This document shows, one piece after another, positions 1 through 12,690 of a stretch of DNA of 64,000 nucleotides. The notes under the pieces are model-generated. The model saw nothing but the letters and a program-made list of their open reading frames with translations. It was not told the origin of the DNA and did no database searches. Position 1 is the first letter of the stretch; every line of letters starts with the position of its first letter. Position numbers and translations under genes: made by a program. This DNA is from Octopus vulgaris (lineage: Eukaryota), in assembly GCA_951406725.2 (NCBI GenBank), contig OX597818.1, positions 130,138,001-130,202,000 of the forward strand. The letters run 5' to 3'.

Positions 1-568
1 TCTTATCTTATATTAGTAATTTGTGGTAAATCATTTTACCTTTGCCCATATAATACAGTAAATGAATTGATTGCATCGCAATCATTAACATTTATGTATT
101 AACTTTGTTGGGTACTTCACTAGCAGTATATTGGATATATGTTATCCCATGGAGGGTTGCATTTACAACCCCTATCTCAATTTGTATATATATATATATA
201 TATACGTATACCTATATATATGTTTTGCAAACAACTTGCAGATGCAAGTACTACCTGCTGAGAATGCCACATACTAGAAGCCAGCAAGTGTATGGGGTCA
301 TCAGGTGAGAATGCATGCTGTGTTGGGGCCTAACGATAACAACAGTCATCTCACACATACATATATATGTATATACACATACATACATATCCACACACAC
401 ACACATTCATACATACATACATATACATATACACACACATACTCACACACACATATATACACACACATTCATACATGCATATGCATACATGCATATACAT
501 ACACACACTCACAGGTGCAGTCATAAGCTTACAGAAATATATACATAGAATTATATATCCACATGCAT

Positions 569-814
569 ATACTTCAACAAACACCCCAAAAGAATTGTGC
601 ATAAATGTATACATGTGTATACATACATACATACATTCACACATACATACATGCAAGGGAAAAGTCAAAAAGGAGAAAAAATATATCTGTATACTTCAAC
701 ATACACCCAAAAAGAATTGTGCATAAATGCATACACTTGTCTACATACAAATATATATATATGTATATACGCATGTAAGTGAAAAGTTAAAAAGGGAGAA
801 AAAAATATATCTAT
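569..814. repeat. Two-copy tandem duplication, unit ~122 bp
   Basis: atacttcaac...aaaagaattgtgcataaatg...ggagaaaaaatatatct starts at 569 and again at 691, with scattered substitutions. Confidence 0.85.
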
Positions 815-929
815 TTCTCTGTCTAATGATAACAATTTACATAGTCATTATCGAAGGTATACATGTCATTCAATAATGGTGAATGTTTTTGCATTCTTCC
901 TCACTGGAATTGATTTGCAAATATAGATA

Positions 930-1116
930 AAACAATAATAAAATAATAATACAAATGATGATGACGATAATAATAATAATAATAATAACAACAACAACAG
1001 CAACAACAACAACAACAACAACAATAATAATAATAATAATAATACAAATGATAATGATAGTAAAATAATAACACAAATGAGGAGAATACTACTACTACTA
1101 ATATATAATAATGATG

Positions 1117-1156
<40 letters not shown>

Positions 1157-1177
1157 TAATAATAATAACAACAACAG
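930..1177. repeat. Compound (AAT)n/(AAC)n/(GAT)n microsatellite
   Basis: Read directly; it produces the poly-L/I/Y ORFs. Confidence 0.95.
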
Positions 1178-1817
1178 TTACATGAGCAATAACAAGAGCA
1201 ATAATTTGAAGTAGAACAAACAGCACATTTCAACAAAACTGTCTAAATCTTAAGCTAGCATGTTTTGGTAAACATCTCAGCCAGTTAACAACAAGATTAA
1301 TTCCATGTTTGTTTATATTTAACACAGTCACAGTTAATCTCACTTTCCCCATTTCTTTCATTCTTTCTTTCTTTCTTTCTTTGCACACACATCGTATCCA
1401 TTAGATGCCATTTGTGCTCAAAGAAAAACTTGGCAAATATAAAATCAAGGTGTAACAATATAAAGAATTTAAAAGAAATAGGTATGTGCAGATGTATATG
1501 TCCTCAGGCAGGCAGACAGACAGACACACATATGCACACACACACACACATATTTCTTTGGTATTTGTTCTATTTTATTTTTTCTCCCTTTGCAGAATTC
1601 AAACCAGTCACTAGCAAAGTGGCAAAGCTTCTCTGTATAAGTCAAGACAACTCGTACAGGTTTTGGTGACCTGCATTGATCGATGTAAGTATGCATGTTG
1701 TGCATGTGTGGATAAACTGCACTTATGGGAGTGTATGACATGACAGAACGTGTACATGCTTCATTTATGCTTATGTAAATGAGTGTGTGTCAAAATGTAT
1801 TCCATATGTATACGTGA

Positions 1818-2052
1818 AGGCGCGTGGCTCAGTGGTTAGAGCATTGAGCTTACGATCGTGAGGTTGTGAGCTTGAATCCCGGACCGGGCTGCGTTTTGTG
1901 TTCTTGAGCAAGACACTTTATTTCATGTTGCTCCAGTGTGCATGGGCGACTGCTGGTCTTCCATAAAACAACCTTGCCCAGACTTGTGCCTCAGAGGGTA
2001 ACTCTCTAGGTGCAAACCCATGGTCAGTGTCTGACCGAAGGGGATCACCACC
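1818..2052 (+). mobile_element. tRNA-derived SINE (family D'), internally deleted
   Basis: A-box-like tggctcagtgg and B-box-like gcttgaatccc, then gtgttcttgagcaagacac. 12-bp TSD atgtatacgtga at 1806-1817 and 2053-2064. Confidence 0.8.
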
Positions 2053-2089
2053 ATGTATACGTGATCATGTCTACTCAGGAAACTCAAAT

Positions 2090-3130
2090 GGAGAACCAAA
2101 GAAGTCTTTTACAAATCTACATTATTTTTCTGATCATGTGCATCTGGAGAATGCTAATCAGGCTGCTCTGTTCTCTTTAGGAGAACCCAAACATTTCTAG
2201 GTTTCTCTGTAAGTCTGTTGTTACAAAACCCAGTACACCGATGATGACAGGAGCAACTATAAATCTATAGAATGTATATAAGAGTACCAGATTTTTCGTT
2301 AGTTCTTCATAGATGTTATCCTTTTCCCCAATTTTTTAAGAGACATTCACAACCATTAGTTAACTAGTCTCAACAACAGTACACAACTTTTGCTTCCAAA
2401 CCTATACAACTATATCTAGCCTGTTATGCTCACATCAGATTACGATTTTTATAGGAATGTTCCACCAGTATTCTTTATTTTTAAAAGTATGGATACTTTC
2501 AGGGTCTGGTGTGCCTTCAGTACGACAGCCAGGACAATCCTTCTTCTGTATATCATTGCAAACTATCTCAGTGGCAACATGAAGTGTCATGGAAAGGTAG
2601 TCTGGTGGACATTTACGGACAGCTACTGATAATAAGAGGGATATCTTCCACACTGGTATGGCACAATTAACACTTCCTGTTACAACATGGAAGTTTAGAG
2701 GCATCCGTATCTCTTTTGTAGATCAGGTGTTTAGCAGGGGCATATATTTCAGGTGTGGTAGGTGTGTACTGCGCACCTATTGAAAATTTCAAATTTATTA
2801 TAACCACTACAAGTTTGGGCAGTATCAGAAATACACAGTTTGTATGCCTAATTTGAGTAATAGTAATGTTAGTCATAATATGGTCAGTGTGGCAGCATAC
2901 CCAATGACAACAACCATCATACATACACCACTGGCTGGTATCTAGTAGCTTATCACCTGTTCATGGGTTACAAAGTTATAGTCTTCTAGGTGAGATGTGA
3001 TATATTTTTCACTGGTCCAGGAGAGGCACTATTCCTATCAATGCGACTGGCATTCTCTAGCTTGTGGGATATGTATCCACTCATAACTTTCTGATGGCAC
3101 GTGTATGTTTATATCTACGCATTTGTTATA
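2090..3130 (-). mobile_element. Degenerate 3' part of an RLE-type non-LTR retrotransposon (R4/Dong-like): zinc knuckle plus restriction-like endonuclease
   Basis: Manual minus-strand translation across stops and frameshifts gives ITSHLEDYNFVTHEQ ... KHLIYKRD ... CNRKC*LCHTSVEDIPLIISSCP ... YWWNIPIK ... HNRLDIVV ... CTVVET ... EKDNIY ... APVIIGVLGFV. This is a degenerate CCHC knuckle followed by the PD-(D/E)xK-type RLE motif. A ~200-bp insertion lies at ~2745-2945. Confidence 0.8.
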
Positions 3131-4077
3131 CATATCATCAAATTGTTTGTAAAATGGCACATAAACATAAGTACAATTAAGAAGAAAAATGATAGTTCTT
3201 GGTTTTTCTTTACAGCTGTTTCAAAAGACTGGTGAGTGGTTGATTCAATAATGTGCATTATATGAACAGGTGTGCAAAGGATTCAACATGACATAACAAA
3301 AAAAAGGCAAAAATGATATTTACACATATGTATGATATGTAAATCAATTCACACTATAAGCCTCACATCACTGAACCTTTTCATTGGCAGGAAGATATAG
3401 AATGAAAAAATCTAGTCATCATACATACTATATATAAGATGGTACCACGTTGATAAAAGGACAGAGAAAGATGAGTGGCAACAATTGATGGGTAATACAG
3501 TGATAATAGGAAAATAAGAGGTAAAAAACAAAATCACATTAGTAAAAGTAGGGGAGAGAAAGAGAGATAGAGAGGGAGATAGATAGGGGCAAGATAAATA
3601 TAGGAAAGAAAGTATGTATGTATCCATGAATAAAAGACTATGTGGAAATATTTCAGGAGTGTTGATGTAAGTGGTAAACATGCTGCCATCTTTGTTTTCT
3701 TCTTGAAGATTCGTTTCTTCGGGGGGAAAAATATATATATATACGTATATATACATACAAAAACAAAAAATACATACATCAAGCACCGTTTTCCTCTACT
3801 TCTTCAGTGTAAGTTCTTTTATCATATTTTGGTCTTGTTTTTATAGTTTTATTTATTTTTTTCTTTGTTTTTTTTTTTTTTGCCTATCTCGATGACTTGA
3901 TAACATAAACATTTTAATCACACAGATTCCTGAAAAATCATGCATATTTGGGTATGCTGCATTGCAGTTGCACACATGTTTCAATAATTTCTGTATAATT
4001 TTTGTGATTATTCACTTTAAAAATCATATATGAAATAAACTGAATGAAGCACAGGTAATGTGTGGTTTTTGTGCAAC

Positions 4078-4080
<3 letters not shown>

Positions 4081-4118
<38 letters not shown>

Positions 4119-4151
4119 TATAGACATATATATATATATATATATATATAT

Positions 4152-4239
<88 letters not shown>

Positions 4240-4500
4240 GACACACACACATTTACTTCTATAGAAGCATATATACATATTTATATAATATGCATGCATA
4301 TGTATGTCTATATTTATATATTCTTATGTATACATATATTTATATGCATGATATATATATATATATATATTCTTATGTATACATATATACATATATTTAT
4401 ATGCATGATATATATATATATGTCTATATTTATATATTCTTATGTATACATATATACATATATTTATATGCATGATATATATATATATATATATATACAT
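4081..4500. repeat. (TA)n microsatellite followed by three copies of an atattcttatgtatacat...atgcatgatatat unit
   Basis: Read directly. Confidence 0.9.
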
Positions 4501-4777
4501 ACAAACACACATATACACATGTGCAATTTTATATAGTTATACATAAGTACAAAAGACATATTTATATGCATACACTCACGCATATAGTTATATACTTCAC
4601 ACACATATTATAGATGTATGTGTATTTGATTTTCATAAAATGAAATACAACCTAAATAAAAATAAAAAAATATATAGAAAGCAATAACATAGAATAATGC
4701 TGATTGGATATCTGCAAGGAAGAAAATATTGTCTCCTTGAAAGAAAGGGAACACAAGTGAATAGAGAAAGTTCTTAC

Positions 4778-5008
4778 CGTAGGGCTCTCATCTGTCAAGA
4801 ATATGGGTATATCTTGGGAGATACACTTGGAAAGTTGGCTGGTTGAAGTGGAGGCTTTCACTGTCGATGAATCAGCCAACATGTTAAGTAGTATTAGCTC
4901 AGTTGCAGATAGATGCCACCACCTGCGTGTTGCAATAGCAACCTTTTTGTGAACCGTTACACATCCAAAGGGTGTTTCTGTGGCATCACAAAAAGCATCC
5001 AAGAAGTT
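4778..5008 (-). CDS. FUZ: Internal coding exon of fuzzy planar cell polarity protein (CPLANE subunit, longin-domain region)
   Basis: Acceptor ttgtttgtttacag| and donor |gtaaga flank 231 nt (77 codons); only frame 0 is open. Translation: NFLDAFCDATETPFGCVTVHKKVAIATRRWWHLSATELILLNMLADS...CISQDIPIFLTDESPT. It aligns to human FUZ as I remember it (EALSGFAEAAGTTFVSLVVSGRVVAATEGWWRLGTPEAVLLPWLVGSLPPQTARDYPVYLPHGSPT). Confidence 0.85.
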
Positions 5009-7150
5009 CTGTAAACAAACAAACAAACAAATAAGTAAATAAATAAATAAATGAAAAGAAAAGCAGACAATAGAAAGATGGATAAAAGTCAAGATGGAAA
5101 CACAAATAATAAAGAAGAGAGAGAATTAGCACAGATGGTGTCAGTTCATTGTTAGCCCAACACAACATAGCTGAGTGATGGGCATAGCAAAGTATTGCTG
5201 CGGTTTTAAGAATGCTGTAAATTGTGGTTTTTAATGAAATGCTGAAAAGTCAGTCACACAGAGGAAAAATTCCTCCTTTTACTTGGTTGTTAGTGTTTAC
5301 GGCAGATGCATCTGGAGGAACATGGCTGGATAAATGTGTCAGAAAAAAAGAATATTAGAATATAAAACAAAAAATAAAATAAAATGAGAATTAAAAAAGG
5401 AAACAAAACTAATAAGTAAATCGGTAGATAATAACCTCTTCATGTTTGAGTATTAATAACAAAATGAAATTATTGATGATAAAAAAGCAAAATTGATGTC
5501 GATTTGGAGTGGACTAATCAAATATACCAGACATGGAAATAACGATTTCTTTTGCCTCAGAACAAGATTTTTCCCTTTTCTTTAAAAGGAGTTTGGAACA
5601 CAACTGCTTGAATTGACAAAAGAATGTAACTAAAGTTCATTTTATTAACACTGGAGGTATAGAATCTTTAAAAATTGGCTCATCGGGATTTTATTTCAGA
5701 AAAGTGAGGCACTAAACAAGTGAGTGCCATGAAAAGTATTGTCTGATTCTTTATTGACTAAACCAGGAATTTATATTAAAAATCTTGCATTGAAATTGTG
5801 TTTACATATTCTTTTCAAAAATGTGAATGAACATATTTTCTTCATTTAATAAATGGGAACATCTCAAGAGATAAGGAAATAAAATACGTAAAGTGTTTCA
5901 AAATTATAAAGCTACAAATGGGTGCAGGCTTTACTTTGTTGTGAAAACCACAACCATCCAGTTCCAGATAGAACTTTGTTTATGTACCGTCTACAATAGC
6001 CTCATGTCAAAGCCTTATAGGTAAAATTTGATAGACAGAAACTGGGTGGGTTCATAGATGTATATGTATGTATGTATATACATACATAGATAGGAACATA
6101 CATACGTACATATATATATATATGTCCGTAGAGGATAACAAAAATTACAGTGTTAAATGAAAATATTTGATGCTATTTTGATTACTCTTTGAAAAGATTG
6201 ATAGAACACTAGGGGGTCGATATAATCAACTAAAGTCAGCATGATCTCAGACCAGTAAGCAAAAATAGTAAAGAATAAAAGAAAACTTGAGGATTCATTT
6301 CTGTTTCCTGCTATATTTTCTTGCTGATAAGAGAATCTTTCAAACGAAAGTGAGAAATAATTTCAATATGAATTTGTAAAAAATAGGAAAATTCTAAACA
6401 AAGCTATAAAATAAAGAAATAAATAAATAAAAAAATAAAGCAACCTAATTTTTTTTTCATGGAGGTAGCTGCAAATATAAGGTAGCTTTTATTTCAAAGC
6501 ACACCTGTTTTGTGGACATATCTTTACTTTTTATCAATGAAATGGCTTGAGGTAATACAAATGAAGATGCTACTTTATGTTAGCTATCTGTGAGTCAAGG
6601 AGTTCTGGGTTCAATTCAATGAAAAGTGCATTTAATTTTTTTTACAGATATATGGAAATGCTGATGTTACTTAGATTCAATGGTTAATGGTATTCCATTT
6701 GTGACTGGCCACTTCACTAATTTCTTAATCTAGTATCATAATGTCCAATGTTTCTTTCACTAAAAAAAAGAAAGGTAGGATGTGATTTGAAAGAACTTAG
6801 TTTACTAGCTTAAATTTTTAGCAGATAGAAAGACTGCAGGCCAATAGAATCATTAACAGATGGGACAAAATTCTTAGTGGCACTTTTTCAGGCTCTTTTA
6901 TATTTCAAGTTCATATTCCGTTATGGTTGGCATGGCCTTTCATCCTTTTGGCTGTTGAGAAAAGGGATCGATATACTCAACTAATCCTTTCACTCTAAAA
7001 TTGATGGCCTTATACCAAAATTAGAATTCTCTTTTTTTCTTAGCAGATTGCATGGTAAATTTGACGGCTTAAGACCTTCAGAGTGAAGAAATATGTAACA
7101 GCTGTAATTCACGAATGTACTGAATGACATATGTAAAAACACTTTTTAAC

Positions 7151-7522
7151 AGGCATGGCTGAATGTTAAGAAGCTTGGTTCCCAACACATGGTTCTGGAT
7201 TCAGACCTACAGTGTGACATGTTGCACAAGTGTCTTCTACTATAACCTTGAGCCAACCAAAGTCTTGTGAGTGGATTTGGTAGATGGAAACTTAAAGAAG
7301 CCTACTGTGTAGCATATGTGTGTGTGTATGTGTGTGATTGTCCCTCATCACCACTTGACAACCAATGATGGTGTGTTTACATCCTCATACCTCAACAGTT
7401 CAGGAAAAGAAATCAATAGAAGGCTTTAAAAAAAAGAAATAATGGGCTCGATTTATTTGACTAAAATCATTCCGGGCAGTGCCCCAGCATGGCCACAGTC
7501 TAATGACTGAAACAAGTAAAAG
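7151..7522 (+). mobile_element. Old, diverged family A SINE
   Basis: tRNA-like head, ggatttggtagatggaaac body, (TG)n, and tail gtgccccagcatggccacagtctaatgactgaaacaagtaaaag. Confidence 0.8.
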
Positions 7523-7865
7523 ATGAAGAAATTGAAAAGTCATTTTTACATGGAAAAACAATACAAAGTGCTGGAGACATTTGTTAGAAACTTTATTCCT
7601 GGGGCAATAATGCCAGCATAACAATGCTTAATTTCACCAGTGTTATATACTTGTTCTGCTGTTAAATTGTCAGTGATGAGCTTTGCACACTCATCTATGA
7701 ATCTTTCAGCTATCTTAATAGTCATTAGGTGCCTCAATACCACGAATTATTAAATATTTAGCCATGCCTTTCCTTAAACTTTTGTAACAACATTTTATGA
7801 ATATTCAGAGCTACCTTCAATTATAGTTTGTCATGATAGATATTTTTCCCCCTTCAGTCCATTAA

Positions 7866-8086
7866 CCCTTTTGTCACCAACCCGGCTGAAACCAGCTCTG
7901 GCTCTGAGTACAAATGTCTTACTTTCATAAGTTTTTAATTAAAATCTTCCACCAAACCTTAATGACAAGTTATGTTCCTGACACTAGCTGAATGATAACT
8001 AAGTTATTTTATCAAATTTTTTTGTTATATTTTAAGTAATTGAAAGAAACACAGAGCATCTCAAAATAAATACAGTAACAAAAGGG
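7866..8086. mobile_element. piggyBac-like MITE
   Basis: TTAA duplicated at 7862-7865 and 8087-8090; termini cccttttgtcac / gtaacaaaaggg. A second copy lies at 32617-33275. Confidence 0.85.
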
Positions 8087-8217
8087 TTAAGCAACAAAAG
8101 TTCATTCTAACATGTGTATCTATGCTTGCTCAGTTATGCAACTGCAGCAGAAAAATTCGTACACAGTTTGCATGTATTATTACTCTGTGTGTGTGTGTAT
8201 ATATATATATATATACA

Positions 8218-8470
8218 GGAGTGGCTGTGTGGTAAGTAGCTTGCTAACCAACCACATGGTTCCGGGTTCAGTCCCACTGCGTGGCATCTTGGGCAAGTGT
8301 CTTCTGCTATAGCCCCGGGCCGACCAATGCCTTGTGAGTGGATTTGGTAGACAGAAACTGAAAGAAGCCTGTTGCATATATGTATATATATATATATATA
8401 TATGTGTATGTGTGTGTGTGTTTGTCCCCCTAGCATTGCTTGACAACCGATGCTGGTGTGTTTATGTCCC
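8218..8470 (+). mobile_element. Family A SINE, 5' half only (part of an inverted duplication)
   Basis: Near-identical to the 9146-9578 copy, including its upstream flank; the 3' tail is missing. Confidence 0.9.
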
Positions 8471-8699
8471 ACAGTCATGACCTTCAGGTTTTGCTCTATG
8501 CAATGTTTTTGTATTTTGCATAGATCTACAACTGTTTATCCTGTTTACTTACAGTTATTTATAGTAGGTGTTTTGATGCCAACTTTTTTAATGTGAAGTT
8601 TCACACAAACACTGCTGTCAAGTTTTTCCACCAAGTTGGTTTTCTGTGGTATCAATGAATATAAATACGTCCTTTTTCTGTTCCACTTTTATCTATAAT

Positions 8700-9072
8700 G
8701 ATGTCTACAGATCATTTCTATGCTTGCATTGCTCAAATGGAAATTGTTGAGCAGATGTCCTTCCTGTCACCAACCTTCACTTGTTCCAAGTAAAATAATA
8801 TTTTCCTTCAGCCGGACATGTTTTCATAGATGAGTGGAAATGAACAACACTGCTTGTATGACAGTGACACTTGTTTACAACTATTACACGATGTCAAGAG
8901 AAAGAGACAAACACACACACACACACACACATGCATACAATTTACTTACTTGGCATTGGTCACCCCAGGGCTATAGTGGAAAACACTCGGTCAAGGTACC
9001 ACAGTGGTACTGAACCCTAAACAATATGAATTGGAATCAAACAACTTAACCATTCAGATATGTTTATGCCTC
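8700..9072 (-). mobile_element. Old mosaic SINE (family F): A-type head, (TG)n, distinct body, B-type tail
   Basis: Shares the body ccaacc(t/c)tcac...ggaaatgaacaacactgcttgtatga...tacaacta with 33431-33720 and 44889-45343. Confidence 0.6.
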
Positions 9073-9145
9073 TCTCCCCATATGTGTGTGTGTGTGTAAG
9101 TGTGTGTGTAGGGGTGTAACCAACTATATGAGTGTATATACCCAT

Positions 9146-9360
9146 TACTCTCTTTTATACTCTTTTACTTGTTTCAGTCATTTGACTGCGGCCATGCTGG
9201 AGCACAGCCTTTAGTTGAGCAAATTGACCTCGGGACTTATTCTTTGTAAGCCCAGTACTTATTCTATCGGTCTCTTTTGCCGAACCGCTAAGTGACGGGG
9301 ATGTAAACACACCAGCATCGGTTGTCAAGCAATGCTAGGGGGACAAACACACACACGCAT

Positions 9361-9410
<50 letters not shown>

Positions 9411-9578
9411 ACATATATGCGACAGGCTTCTTTCAGTCTCCGTCTACCAAATCCACTCACAAGGCATTGGTCGGCCCGGGGCTATAGCAGAAGACACTTG
9501 CCCAAGATGCCACGCAGTGGGACTGAACCCGGAACCATGTGGTTGGTTAGCAAGCTACTTACCACACAGCCACTCCTG
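9146..9578 (-). mobile_element. Young family A tRNA-SINE, near full length
   Basis: A box tggctgtgtgg, B box ggttcagtccc, internal (TA)n(TG)n, and 3' tail ...gactgaaacaagtaaaagag. Confidence 0.95.
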
Positions 9579-10021
9579 TATATATATATATATACACACA
9601 CACACAGAGTAATAATACATGCAAACTGTGTACGAATTTTTCTGCTGCAGTTGCATAACTGAGCAAGCATTGGCACTGTGAATGAACTAATTAAGCAAAA
9701 TACTACACATCAATTAGATAAGAAGGAATGATGTAAGGTATAGTCATGTATAATGTAGCTAACTTACACTGCAGCTCCAGTGTTTTTTTTGCTTTTTCTC
9801 ATAGCATTTTTAAAATGAGTCTTTACTACCAGGCACTGACTTCTAAGTTTACCTTATATGCTTACTTATCTTATTGCAGTCTATATCTTCTATTAATTTA
9901 TGTTGCGAATACTTGGTCTGGAATGCATAAGCTACATGGTAATTTAGTTTTGTCCAGGTTAGTGTAAACTATACATACATCTATCCTAAAACTAAGGCAC
10001 TACATAAAAAACAATAGTGAT

Positions 10022-10212
10022 GATGCCACGTAAAAACGCATTCAGTACACTCTGTAAAGCAGTTGGCATTAGGTAGGGTATCCAGTTGTAGAAACCAAGC
10101 CAAAACAGCACATGGAACTTGGTACAGTTCCTGGCCTTGCCGGTCCCTGTCAAACTGTACAACCCATGTCAGCATGGAAAACAGATGTTAAATATTGATG
10201 ATGATGATAATG
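10022..10212 (+). mobile_element. Family B retroelement 3' end with (GAT)n tail
   Basis: ttggcattagg.agggtatccag...caacccatgtcagcatggaaaacagatgttaaa followed by (gat)n. Confidence 0.75.
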
Positions 10213-10590
10213 AAAATATGTCAAGGTAGAAAATGCCAAAATAATTTTATGCACCAAATGCAGTCATTGAGACTATTTCAACTCTAAGTATGGAAAACAA
10301 TTAAATTTTAGAAAAATTAGATGTAAAGTTTTTTAAATGAATATTTGCATAGTGATCAAATACAAGGGGCATTTTCCTTGTTTCTGCCTGTCTCTGTCTC
10401 TCTTTTTTACTGTTGTGGGTTCGAGGTTGTTATGAATTCTTGGCAAATATTAAAAACAATACATTCAAAAGAGATACCTCAAGAATTCAATAACTACTAC
10501 CATCCACAACAAGTCACTTTCAGGGCACTTGACCATTTAACATTCTACTACTACTTCTTCTTCTTCTTCCAAGAATTCACAATTTTCCAT

Positions 10591-10626
<36 letters not shown>

Positions 10627-10692
10627 TTTTTAGAAAAACATAAATCCAGGAGAAGAAGCACACTCTAAAATATAGAGCAGTCTACATTTTTT

Positions 10693-10868
10693 TCTGGTGA
10701 AGGCCAGTTCATGGGGTTACCCTGGGCTTCCCATCCATAAAGAACCTCTTTAAAATATCTCAAAGAGATCTTAGCCCAACAGGTCTTGGGGTCTGACTAT
10801 ACACCATAAGGTTAAACTCTTTATGGACAGGAAACCCAAGGTAACCCCATAAACCAGCCTTCATCAGA
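10693..10868. repeat. Foldback inverted repeat with ~51-bp arms
   Basis: 10693-10743 is the reverse complement of 10818-10868 with about 8 mismatches. Confidence 0.85.
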
Positions 10869-11124
10869 TACATACTTATAAATTACTATTCTCATTGTAG
10901 TCAAGAAATGAGGAATCTTTCTCAGATGAGGGTTTAATACATCTTGAAATTAGGTAACACAGTCTTGCATTTTTTGTTTCATCTTTTATTTTTGACACAT
11001 GATTAAATCTTATTGCTAATTTGTGATACTTACCATTCAAGAGAACAGGGGGCAGAGGGGCTAAAATGTACCTACAAAACAAACATGCTTTTATCTCTTT
11101 CCCTTTCTTTCTTTTTTTTTTTTT

Positions 11125-11481
11125 TACTTATTGCAGTCTTTGGATTACAGGCATGCTAGGGCATTACCTGGAAGGGTTTAGCTGAACAAATTCACCCCAG
11201 TCTATTATTTTCAAGTCTGGTACTTGTTGTATTGATTTCTTTAGCCAAACCGATAAATTATGAATATGTAAACAACCCAACATCAATTGTCAAGTGCAAA
11301 GGGAACACACAAATGCAAAATACAAAACCACACACACACACACACATACTATGGGCTTCCACACTGTTTCTGTCTACCAAAAATTTACTCACAAGGCATC
11401 CGTCTGTCTGGTGCCATGAAGTGGAACTGAACCGAAAATTATGATGCCGCAAGACAAGCTTCTTAACCATACAGCCATGCT
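11125..11481 (-). mobile_element. Old family A SINE
   Basis: Diverged head, body and tail in the same order as young copies. Confidence 0.7.
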
Positions 11482-11888
11482 TGTAAGTTTTTCTTACATA
11501 CCTACTTAGACCCCATTATTTAGTGCTTCGTATAATAAATATGTACATGCACAAATGTAGGTGGGTGGGTGTGTATTTATGCAAATGTATATATGTATAT
11601 GTGTGTATATATGTGTGTGTATATTATATAGATGATTATGTATATATATATATATATATATGTTGATACCAACACACGCATATCATGTGCATGTGTATAA
11701 ATACATGTGCTAAATACATAATACATTAAACATAAAATCTATTATATCACATATACATATATATTATATGAATATTTATATCAAAATGTGACATATGTAT
11801 AGTTTATGCATATATTTATGAGTATATTTATAAATATACATATACATACACACACATATATATATGTATGTATGCATGTATGTATCAA

Positions 11889-11919
<31 letters not shown>

Positions 11920-11934
11920 ATGTATATATGCATT

Positions 11935-11977
<43 letters not shown>

Positions 11978-12657
11978 GTATATATGCATGTGCATATATG
12001 TATGAAAACATGTATACAGAGAGAACATGGATGGACAAACACACATAGAGGGAGAAAAACTGAAAGGTAGATAAATACATAATCATGACACTAGTTCAAA
12101 TTTTCCATGCACCAGCATCAACCCGATAACTTTTGTCACATCTACATGAAAAGACCTTAACACAATAAAAGCTCATTTAAAAGACTTTAGACAATGACAA
12201 GATTCAAAAAATAAGCTTCTTGAAATTAAGGTACCATTCATGCTTTATCAATGTTTGTGTTCAATGGTTTATCTGTGTTGAAATATGATCTGGTTTAATA
12301 TTTTGTAGGATTATTTGGAATAGCTTATTAAGAAATTGTTCTTTCAGTAAATTCTTCTTTATCTTCGAATTTTCTTTTATTTCATCCATAGTGAATTTAC
12401 ACCTCTCTCTTTCTTTCTCTCTTATACATATATGTATGTATGTATATATATATATGTATATATATAGATGCACATATATATATATATATATAAATTATAT
12501 ATGTATGTATGTGTGTATATGTGTGTATGTGTGTGTGTGTGTAAGCACACATTTTACATATACAACTGTGTTTGGATATAATATGCCTGTGTACAACAAT
12601 ATCTATTCAAACACACACACACATATATTTACATATAAATACAAATATGAGAGCATA

Positions 12658-12690
<33 letters not shown>

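Larger units (their letters stand above)
7590..8690 (-). mobile_element. Tigger/pogo (Jerky-like) transposase relic, interrupted by a MITE and by an inverted templated insertion
   Basis: Minus-strand remnants: QKTNLVEKLDSSVCVK (psq-type HTH), LNG (split at TTAA by the MITE), IYHDKL.IEGSSEYS, AERFIDECAKLITDNLTAEQVYN and LCWHYCPR. Confidence 0.7.

Noticed and set aside
305-1236. Many ORFs rich in YI, HT, CV or homopolymer runs, here and throughout the window
   Set aside because: They are translations of (TA)n, (CA)n and trinucleotide microsatellites.
5283-5325. Candidate exon HVPPDASAVNTNNQ just upstream of the fuzzy exon
   Set aside because: Weak donor (gtaaaa) and far shorter than the expected upstream exon.
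9322-9662. Recurrent ORF family MSSNARG...QIHSQGIGRPGAIAEDTCPRCHAVGLNPEPCG
   Set aside because: It is the antisense reading of family A SINEs, with frames shifting according to microsatellite length.
11034-11071. Minus-strand mini-exon (tttgtag|...|gtaagt; LPPVLLNG resembles FUZ LPFSVIGSLNG)
   Set aside because: Similarity is weak, the intervening fuzzy exons are not found between it and 5008, and there is no transcript evidence.
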